A stretch of 64,000 nt of DNA from an uncultured Candidatus Binatia bacterium. Lineage in GTDB: Bacteria; Desulfobacterota; Binatia; UBA9968; JAJDTQ01. Below, piece by piece: positions 33,498 through 40,512 of the stretch. Numbering within the stretch: the first letter of the stretch is position 1; the number at the start of each line of letters is the position of its first letter. The position numbers and the translations under genes were made by a program. Location: positions 3,872,001 through 3,936,000 of the forward strand of contig OZ243916.1 in NCBI GenBank assembly GCA_965213675.1, written 5' to 3'. The notes under the pieces were generated by a model, which did not search any database, was not told where the DNA came from, and saw only the letters and a program-made list of their open reading frames with translations.

Positions 33498-33630
33498 GGT
33501 CATCCACCTGGAGTTGCTGGAGAAGGGTCCCTTCGTCAACGGCGACAGCGACGTCGTCCCCTACGAATTGGACGACGCTGTGTCGGAGCGCGCCGACATC
33601 ATCGTCGTGGGCTTCTGAAAACAGATCTTC
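33498..33630 (+). repeat. Degenerate direct copy of an internal segment (32977-33121) of the cyclodeaminase gene
   Basis: Aligns by eye (GCTGGAGAAGGGT..TTCGTCAAC..GAGCGCGCCGAC.TCATCGTCGTGGGCTTC..CAGATCTTC) with a 12-bp deletion and a new TGA. Confidence 0.85.
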
Positions 33631-33970
33631 TGGAGATTACCCAAAAAACAATCGCCATACTGGTCAACCAAATTGTCGAATGGGCCGTTGTTCCGAGCCA
33701 GGACTCGTCGCTAAAACCGGGCAGAAACAGGAAACATGAAACGTACACCGAGATGAAGAAGACCAGAAGGGCCACCAGTAACTTGAGGGTCGATTCGGGC
33801 AGCCGTAATCGTTGACCATAAGTGAACCAAATGACGGTGAATAGACCAAATTCAACATGCCAGGTCGAGAAAAAGGACCCAAGGTAAAACTCGTCCAACA
33901 TGAAAAATACGGCGAGGATCAGCGCGCCCAGGAGGAACGCTGTGGTGAACACAATCGGTCGAATCATCAT
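33599..33970 (-). CDS. Hypothetical 4-TM membrane protein (candidate immunity protein)
   Basis: 123 aa with four hydrophobic segments and a GAGG RBS. AT-richer than the genome. Directly downstream of precursor 1. Confidence 0.7.
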   Translation of the reverse strand: MMIRPIVFTTAFLLGALILAVFFMLDEFYLGSFFSTWHVEFGLFTVIWFTYGQRLRLPESTLKLLVALLVFFISVYVSCFLFLPGFSDESWLGTTAHSTIWLTSMAIVFWVISRRSVFRSPRR

Positions 33971-34012
33971 GACATACCTCTGTGGTAGTGGACGTTCTGA
34001 ATAGTTGGAATG

Positions 34013-34064
34013 GCCAGATCAGTCATGGGCGTCACCCACGGCGGGCCGCCACGACTGATCTGGC
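34013..34064 (-). terminator. Strong hairpin just 3' of precursor 1
   Basis: GCCAGATCAGTC...GACTGATCTGGC perfect 12-bp outer stem. No clear U-tract, so it may be a stabiliser or attenuator. Confidence 0.55.
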
Positions 34065-34074
34065 ACTTGGACGG

Positions 34075-34569
34075 TTATTTTCCGTCGCCGTCGAGGTCAA
34101 TTGCCGTACAGGCCGCCACCGCTGTGCCTGAGCTGAGACCAACACCCGCTCCGGCCGCAGCGCCGGCCACGGGATTGCCAGTTGCTGCAGTTACGGCAAC
34201 GGTAGTGGCCGCGGTGGCGGCAGTGCTGAGGGCGCCTCCCACCGTCAGGCATAGAGTTTGAAGAGCCACCTCAGCGACGGAAAGGCCGAAGTGGGAGGTC
34301 TTCTCAGTCTCTTCCTCCGGGGCCGCGCAGCTGTCGTCGCTGTCGGAGAGGTTGTCGCCGCCGTTGCTGCCGTCATTGGCGCCCGTGTCGTCGCACGAGC
34401 AGGAACAACTGCAACTGCACGCACAGCCACAATTGCATCCGCACCCACAACCGCATCCGCACCCACAGCCACAACCCTCGACTTCCAGGTCGAGCCCCTC
34501 GTGTTCGGGATCGAGAATCCACGGCGCCACCATGGTTCGGTCTTTCTCGGAATAGGCCAATAACTCCAT
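34075..34569 (-). CDS. Precursor-like protein 1: acidic leader + (GC)n(SC)m tract with 14 Cys + acidic linker + hydrophobic Ala/Gly/Thr bacteriocin-like tail
   Basis: GGAGG RBS 8 nt before the ATG. Varied codons in the Cys tract. Two paralogues within 5 kb. Confidence 0.85.
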   Translation of the reverse strand: MELLAYSEKDRTMVAPWILDPEHEGLDLEVEGCGCGCGCGCGCGCNCGCACSCSCSCSCDDTGANDGSNGGDNLSDSDDSCAAPEEETEKTSHFGLSVAEVALQTLCLTVGGALSTAATAATTVAVTAATGNPVAGAAAGAGVGLSSGTAVAACTAIDLDGDGK

Positions 34570-34598
34570 TTTGTACTCCTCCCTCTTTAAAGTTTAAA

Positions 34599-34655
34599 GC
34601 GGATGGAACCGCTCTCACAATTACAATCGCGGTGCAGGGACCGGACCTTAGGGGG
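34599..34655 (-). promoter_or_regulatory. Conserved upstream element of the precursor cassettes (copy 1)
   Basis: Aligns with 39127-39180 at the same 30-nt offset from codon 1, and partly with ~37484-37533. Confidence 0.6.
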
Positions 34656-34765
34656 ATGTGGTGATTTTTTTGAAAAATTGCGGAAAAGTGTTTCAGAAAA
34701 CAGGTTACCCCACTTTACCGGGCGTCGTGGCAAGGCGTCCTCACTTGGCGGGTGCGAGCCTCGTC

Positions 34766-34820
34766 TGCCAATGGCAACCGAAGACAGCACACTTTTGGCA
34801 ATCGAAAACTGCACAGTTCC
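34766..34820. mobile_element. Solo IS21-family-like end
   Basis: TG start followed by two 24-bp-spaced repeats, TGGCAACCGAAGACAGCACACT and TGGCAATCGAAAACTGCACAGT. No istA/istB nearby. Confidence 0.55.
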
Positions 34821-34922
34821 GAGAAGGGCGTGAGTTCAGATCTGGCGCTCTACGGTTGGTTCCGACCGGAAGCGGAAGACGTACTCGCCACAGGGTGTTG
34901 GCGCTTACCGCGGACGGCACGA

Positions 34923-36887
34923 TCAGTTCAACGGACCCGTCCGGCCGCCGAGGTGCCGTGCCAGAAACCGTTCGACTCGCCGGGCGAATTTCAGCCTGTT
35001 GGCGGGTTTCCTGATTCTATGTCCCTCTTTCGGAAAGACGAGATAGTCGAGGGACGCGTCTCCCTTTCGAAGTTCCTTAAGCAATCGGTCGAAGTGTTCC
35101 TTGGACACGCGATTGTCCTTGCCTCCATGAAAGAGCAAAAGCGGCCCTTGGATGCGCGACGCGTGGGTGACGGGGGAGTGCGCCACGAGTTCCTGAAAAT
35201 CGGCCTCTTTGCGAGTGTCGCCGGCAAAATGGAGCCACCATGAAAGCCCTTCGGGATTGGAACGAAAACTGTCTACCAGGAGAGTCAGGTCCGTGGGCCC
35301 CATGGTGCTGATCCCGGCGGCAAACTTGTCGGGTGTCAGGGCCATGGCCATCAACGCCGCATACCCACCGTAACTGTCGCCAAGGATGGCCACCCGGTCC
35401 GGGTCGGTGTGTCCCTGCGCAATGGCCCAGTCCAGTGCATCGACGAGATCGTCCTGCATCTTCCTGCCCAATTCCCTGCGCCCCTTATCCATGAATGCCT
35501 TGCCCGCTCCTGCCGAACCTCTGAAGTTCACCGCGAGGACGGCATAGCCGCGATTGGCGAGAAACTGCGTCAGGTTGTCGAAACCCCACCGGTCGAACAT
35601 CCACGGCCCGCCGTGGACCTTGACGACCGTGGGAAGACGTTTGCCGTCCGTTCCCTTGGGCAGCGTCAGAAAGCCATGAAGGCGGAGTCCGTCCCGTGCC
35701 ACGAAGTGGATCGGCCGCATCTCGGACAAGTCGTCCGCGTACGGGCTCAAGCGATGTTCCGCCAGAAGCTCCCTGGTTCCTGATCGACGGTCGACCCGGA
35801 CGGTGACCGGAGCCTGGCGGTCGGTCTCCACCAGCAACACGAGTTGCATGTAATCGATGCTTCCGTTGACAAGTTGGAACAGAACCGGTCCTGTCCCCAA
35901 GACCCGTTCGAGGTCTTCTCGTAACTCAACGTCATAAAAGTGATACCGAGGCAGCGGGTCGAAGTACCGAACGGCAACGGGGTTGCCGGTGGTGCTGTCG
36001 AGCCAGACACGCGACACTTCAGCGTCGGGCGCTTCGAACGTCAATTCCTCGATACCCGTTCGAAGATCCAGTTTGATGACCGACTGTTTGTCTCTTCCCG
36101 CATTTGTCGGAAGGTAGAGGGTGGTGCCGTCTTCCAGAAGGTTCGCATGATAGGTCGCGACGTCCCGAAATGTCCCGTTCAATACGTTGTCCCATGCACC
36201 GCCGGGGCGTCGCGCCTGGATGTTCCATCCGCCGTCTCCCGTTTTCCGGATCCGCGCCAACACCTCCCTGTCGGGGTTGACGATCCAATCCGCCGTGTGG
36301 CCGTCGTTTCTGGCCAACAAGTCGTGTTTACCCGTGTGAATGTTGACTTGGTAAAGGTCATAGGAACCGCGGTCACGAAGATTCATTTGCACGAGCACGA
36401 TATCGGGATTCCGAAGAAGAGGGACAGCGCGTCTGACGCTCACCCCGTGGAACGGCGTCAGGTCGCGCGATGCTCTTTCGGGGCGGTCGGTATCGGCCAG
36501 GAACAGGTGAATGTTGCGGTCTCGGCCTGCGCCCCGAAGAAACAACACGTGCCTGCTGTCGAGTGCCCAAGTGAAGCCCGGGACGAAACTGAGATCCTTC
36601 ATCACCAAGTCGCGCTCCTCATTCAGATGACGAACGCGAAAGCTGAGTTTGCGCGGCTCGATGGCGACCCACGCCAGCCGTGTTCCATCCGGCGAAATAT
36701 GAATCTGCCCGCTATTGCGCGGCAGGCCGTAGAATTCTTCCGCCGGTATCAGGGCGGGCAAGGACGCTGCCCGAAGTACGGGGTGAGTGGCGTCAATGCC
36801 GGTTGTGCTGGCATCCGCCAGGCGCCAGGAAAGGCATGTGAACAGCAACGACAGCGTGATCAATCGTAGGAGCATCATCAACCTCAA
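34923..36887 (-). CDS. Secreted S9 family (prolyl oligopeptidase/acylaminoacyl peptidase-like) peptidase
   Basis: Signal peptide, VHGGP, GDSYGG nucleophile, KDNRV Asp and EGH His. Confidence 0.92.
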   Translation of the reverse strand: MRLMMLLRLITLSLLFTCLSWRLADASTTGIDATHPVLRAASLPALIPAEEFYGLPRNSGQIHISPDGTRLAWVAIEPRKLSFRVRHLNEERDLVMKDLSFVPGFTWALDSRHVLFLRGAGRDRNIHLFLADTDRPERASRDLTPFHGVSVRRAVPLLRNPDIVLVQMNLRDRGSYDLYQVNIHTGKHDLLARNDGHTADWIVNPDREVLARIRKTGDGGWNIQARRPGGAWDNVLNGTFRDVATYHANLLEDGTTLYLPTNAGRDKQSVIKLDLRTGIEELTFEAPDAEVSRVWLDSTTGNPVAVRYFDPLPRYHFYDVELREDLERVLGTGPVLFQLVNGSIDYMQLVLLVETDRQAPVTVRVDRRSGTRELLAEHRLSPYADDLSEMRPIHFVARDGLRLHGFLTLPKGTDGKRLPTVVKVHGGPWMFDRWGFDNLTQFLANRGYAVLAVNFRGSAGAGKAFMDKGRRELGRKMQDDLVDALDWAIAQGHTDPDRVAILGDSYGGYAALMAMALTPDKFAAGISTMGPTDLTLLVDSFRSNPEGLSWWLHFAGDTRKEADFQELVAHSPVTHASRIQGPLLLFHGGKDNRVSKEHFDRLLKELRKGDASLDYLVFPKEGHRIRKPANRLKFARRVERFLARHLGGRTGPLN

Positions 36888-36893
36888 GAACAG

Positions 36894-37444
36894 TCATTCG
36901 AGCACTGGAGCGACCTTGGTCGGAGGAGGAAAACGCCCGGAACGACGACCGGCGCTTCTCTCCCACTTTTGTTTACAGACGCCGCGGAACTGGCCGGTCA
37001 ATCCTCCGTACACTGCGTGGTTCACGATTTCATCGGTGTTGTCGATGACCCCGTGCACGATGTCGTCGAAACAGTCGTTGTTGCCACCGTCGTCCCAGGC
37101 GGCGTTGCTGTCATCCGAATCGGCCGCATCGGCGTTGGCGCCCGTGCTGTCTCAGGTGCAAGAACAACCACAACCACATCTGCACCCTTGGATTTCGGGG
37201 TCCAGGTCGTCGTCAGGGGCGTCAAGCATCTCGTGTGGTGTCTGGTTAATTCGGGTCATAATCTGCGGGTCTTTTTGGCCGTCGGCTGCGTTGCTCTTCC
37301 GCGCGTGGTACCCGCCACTGCTCGTCATGGCGCCTTGCCGACGACAAAAAATCCTCCGCAGATTATGACGCGTATTAACCAGACACCACACTAGGAAATG
37401 GCAATACGCTCGTCTTGAAACGCCTATTTGATGGCCAGGATCGT
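36894..37444 (-). pseudogene. Precursor-like gene 2, disrupted (ACG at start position, amber, MITE insertion, TGA at a Cys position)
   Basis: After removing the MITE it reads TILAIK*AFQDERIAIS*MLDAPDDDLDPEIQGCRCGCGCSCT*DSTGANADAADSDDSNAAW..., then stays open for 85 codons after the TGA to 36894. Confidence 0.75.
37234..37390. mobile_element. MITE family C inserted in the leader of precursor 2
   Basis: 35-bp TIRs (33/35 match) TGTGGTGTCTGGTTAAT.CG.GTCATAATCTGCGG, with CTCG/CTAG flanks. Confidence 0.85.
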
Positions 37445-37794
37445 TGTTGTCTCCTCCTTGTCTGGGTCATGCGTTTCGTTACGTTAAAGCGCCTACATCA
37501 ATCAGATCGGTGGCGGGGAGCCGAACTTTAGGGTCGAATGAAAGTCTCTGGCGTTTTTTTGTCGTCCGGTGCGTGAGGGGACACCGAGGCAGGATCGTTC
37601 CGTCCCGGAAGGCAGGTGCAGGGTCTCGGGGGGAAACCGCGCGTGCAACATCCAATGCGGAAGCGGTGGAATCCCACCAGGAGGCAGGAAAGACGTACCT
37701 GCGGTGGCCAGGACTCGGTCAGTTTGTGATTCGGCGATGCTTGACGGCGCGATCAGTTACCCACAGGAGTCCCGACGAGGCCGCGTCTGTCAGC

Positions 37795-38865
37795 TTACTC
37801 TGTCTGATCGGTCTTTTTCGACCATTCCAGTGCCATGCGCCGCGCTTCCGCGACCTGTTCGGGCGTCATTTCCTGTTCCAATTTGTCCCGCGCGGCCATC
37901 CATGGTTGCCTGTCCCCGGAGGCAGCCATGGCCAGCCACATGTATGCGAGCACAAGATCGCGTCCAACTCCATGCCCGTTTATGTACATTAGACTTAGTT
38001 GGAACCGCGCCAACGCCAATCCCTCTTCCGCGGCCTTACGGTACCATTTGGCGGCCTTGACATAGTCGACGGGCACACCGTGGCCCTTCAAATGCATCAA
38101 CCCGAGGTTGTACTGTGCGGCGGCGTGTCCGTGCTCAGCCGCGAGGCGGAACCAATGAATCGCCTTGGTGTAGTCTTGGGCCACCCCGTGTGCCTTGTCA
38201 TACATCGTTCCCAAGTTATACTGGGCGCGCGGGGCGCCCTGTTCCGCGGCGGAGCGGTACAAGCGCAGCGCCTCGTCATAGTCTCGGGGTACGATGGTCC
38301 CCGAGTGGTACATGACTCCGAGTTGGGTCTGCGCCAAGGCAAATCCTTGTTCAGCCGCGGAGCGGTACAAGCGCAGCGCTTCGCGGAGGTCCTGTTGAGT
38401 GCCGCGTCCATGGTCATACATCGTCCCAAGGTTGTACTGTGCGGCCGGGATCCCCTGTTCGGCTGCGGAGCGGTACCAGCGCAACGCTGCGTCAAGGTCT
38501 TTCGGGATGCCCTGGCCCAAGACGTACATGGTTCCGAGATTGTACTGTGCCTTCCCGTGCCCTTGCTCGGCGGCAAGGCGGTACCAACGCCTCGCTTGGT
38601 TTGCATCCTGCGGTACACCGTGGCCGTTGAAGTACATGGCACCGAGGTGGTACTGGGCGTCCGCGTGTTGTTGCCGGGCGGCCGTGTTGCACGCGGTGAC
38701 CAGGTTGGTCAGGTCCGCGCGACGGTCCAGACATACGTCGAGAGGCATCTCTTGGGAGGGTGTCGTGGGTTGGGTCGCGGCAAAGCCGCTGGTCAGGACG
38801 ATCCAGAGCGTGCCCAATGTCAATGTGAGAACTGGTGAACGCAAAGCGCGAGCGTTTGTAGCCAT
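37795..38865 (-). CDS. Secreted Sel1-like repeat protein (7 repeats)
   Basis: Seven 36-aa AQYNLG.MY..G.GV.QD...A..WYR.AAEQG repeats after a hydrophobic N-terminal segment. Confidence 0.92.
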   Translation of the reverse strand: MATNARALRSPVLTLTLGTLWIVLTSGFAATQPTTPSQEMPLDVCLDRRADLTNLVTACNTAARQQHADAQYHLGAMYFNGHGVPQDANQARRWYRLAAEQGHGKAQYNLGTMYVLGQGIPKDLDAALRWYRSAAEQGIPAAQYNLGTMYDHGRGTQQDLREALRLYRSAAEQGFALAQTQLGVMYHSGTIVPRDYDEALRLYRSAAEQGAPRAQYNLGTMYDKAHGVAQDYTKAIHWFRLAAEHGHAAAQYNLGLMHLKGHGVPVDYVKAAKWYRKAAEEGLALARFQLSLMYINGHGVGRDLVLAYMWLAMAASGDRQPWMAARDKLEQEMTPEQVAEARRMALEWSKKTDQTE

Positions 38866-38950
38866 GGCGTTCCCTATCCCTTGTTCTGTGGAACCATTGG
38901 TCCCGGCCGATTGTTGATTGCATCCCTCCCGCGGAAGAGTTGCAAGCTCG

Positions 38951-39097
38951 TCAGTTTCTCCGACGTGAGGGGTCGCACGAGCAGCTACACCCACATCCAC
39001 ACCCATGCACCTCCAGGTCCAATTCCTCGTGGTCGGGGTCGATGACCCATGCGGTCAACACGGCCCGATTCTCCTTGGACAAGGCAAGCGGTTCCTT
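38951..39097 (-). CDS. Precursor-like peptide 3, not in the ORF track: (KEPLALSKENRA)VLTAWVIDPDHEELDLEVHGCGCGCSCSCDPSRRRN
   Basis: Gapless 16/32 identity to the precursor 1 leader. Codon 1 is AAG behind AGGAGG. An alternative GTG start at 39061 lies behind AAGGAG. May be a pseudogene. Confidence 0.7.
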   Translation of the reverse strand, partial: KEPLALSKENRAVLTAWVIDPDHEELDLEVHGCGCGCSCSCDPSRRRN

Positions 39098-39126
39098 ACG
39101 ATATCCTCCTGTTGTGACGCCTGAAC

Positions 39127-39180
39127 GCGGCTATCACCGCCCTCAGAAGTACAATAGCCAAGGCAAGGTCGGGCTTACGG
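39127..39180 (-). promoter_or_regulatory. Conserved upstream element of the precursor cassettes (copy 3)
   Basis: GCGG-N5-ACCGC.CTCA.AA.TACAAT.GC shared with 34599-34655. Confidence 0.6.
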
Positions 39181-39234
39181 AAGGGATCGTTAACCTTTTA
39201 ATAGATATGTAAAGTTCATTCAATACCCTGCGGG

Positions 39235-40512
39235 CTACGCCTTCACCGGCCTCCTGACCAGCAGGGTCAGCCCGGCGCACAAGATCTGCACGCAGATGAA
39301 CAGCACCAGGGAGAGGTTGTAGCTGCCGGTGTAGTCGTAGAGGTAGCCGAAGAACGGGGCGCCGATGGCGGCGCAGAGGAGGAGGATGGGCAGGCTGAGG
39401 CCGCGCACGGTGCCGAGGGAGATCCGGCCGAAGTAGTTGGCCCACATGACTTCCTGTAGCACATGGGCGCCGCCGAGGCCGGAGCCGTAGAGGAAGAACG
39501 CGACGTACAGGCCCGGCAGGCCGCCGGTTTTCATGGCCACCACCAGGCCCGCGGCCTGAGCCACGAACATGAGCGCGGTGGCCCGGCGCACGCTGACGCG
39601 CTCGCTGATGAAGCCCCACAGGAGTCCGGAGCCGAGCTGGGTGGCGGCCATGACCGTGGCCACGGACGCCGCGGCCAACATGGAGTGGCCCAGGTCCGAG
39701 ACGTAGGCGAGCACGTGCAGGTTGAAGCCGGCGATACCGATATCGACGGTGCTGAAGATGAAGGTGATGAGCCAGCAGGTCGGGGTGTGCAGGGCTTCCC
39801 GGCGCGTCCAGGTGACGTCCTCGGGGGCCGGACCCACCGGGCGGGAGCCGGCCCGGCCGCGCCTGTCCGGAGCCGTGGTTGCGGCATGGACCGGATCGCC
39901 GTCGGGGCGCAACCCCATGTCCTCCGGGCTCCGGCGCATCCACAGCGCCGCCGGAATCAGGGCCAGAATCACCACCAGCCCGCCGAACAGGGTCCAAACC
40001 GAACGCCACCCGATGGCGGTCAGGAGCCAGGCGACCACCAGCGCGATGGTGGTCTTGGAAACGCCCTGGCCCAGATGGGCGATGGCCAGCGCCCGGCCGC
40101 GCTGGCGTATGAACCAGCGGGAGATGGCGACGTTGACCACGAAATAGCACACGAAGGCGTGGCCGATGGAGACCAGGGCCACGCGCACGGCCGCGAACTC
40201 CCAGAAGGTCCGCGCGTAGCCCAACAGCAGAAAGCCCGCCACCGAGATCACCGAACCGATGACCATGAGCCGGCGGGCGCCGTGACGGTCCAGCAACGAG
40301 CCGATCCAGGGTGTGACTCCGGCGTAAGCCACCAGCTCGGCGGAGCGCATCAGCGAGAACGTGCCCCGCGAAACCCCCATCTCGGCCGTAATGGACTTGA
40401 GCATGACGCCCAGGGTGCTGGACAGATAGAAGGCGCAGGCCACCTGCACGAGAAAGCCGGTGGCGACGATGTACCAACCGTAGAAAACCCTGGGTCTTGC
40501 CGTTGTCCGCAT
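39235..40512 (-). CDS. MFS transporter (OFA/MCT-like)
   Basis: FYGWYIV, GSLLDRHGARR, RWF.RQRGRA and about 12 TM segments. Confidence 0.9.
   Translation of the reverse strand: MRTTARPRVFYGWYIVATGFLVQVACAFYLSSTLGVMLKSITAEMGVSRGTFSLMRSAELVAYAGVTPWIGSLLDRHGARRLMVIGSVISVAGFLLLGYARTFWEFAAVRVALVSIGHAFVCYFVVNVAISRWFIRQRGRALAIAHLGQGVSKTTIALVVAWLLTAIGWRSVWTLFGGLVVILALIPAALWMRRSPEDMGLRPDGDPVHAATTAPDRRGRAGSRPVGPAPEDVTWTRREALHTPTCWLITFIFSTVDIGIAGFNLHVLAYVSDLGHSMLAAASVATVMAATQLGSGLLWGFISERVSVRRATALMFVAQAAGLVVAMKTGGLPGLYVAFFLYGSGLGGAHVLQEVMWANYFGRISLGTVRGLSLPILLLCAAIGAPFFGYLYDYTGSYNLSLVLFICVQILCAGLTLLVRRPVKA

Noticed and set aside
32977-33630. Repeat pair resembling a diversity-generating retroelement TR/VR
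   Set aside because: Differences are not adenine-specific, there is a 12-bp deletion, and no reverse transcriptase is present.
34393-34476. Cys-Gly tract as a microsatellite or low-complexity artefact
   Set aside because: Synonymous codons vary, and the pattern recurs in two diverged paralogues behind the same leader.
37789-38700. 108-bp periodic DNA repeats as a possible CRISPR array
   Set aside because: They are the coding repeats of the Sel1 protein. No repeat-spacer array or cas gene is seen anywhere in the window.
38866-39006. N-terminal extension of the Sel1 ORF (start at 39006)
   Set aside because: It overlaps precursor 3 in another frame. The ATG at 38865 directly precedes the signal-like segment.
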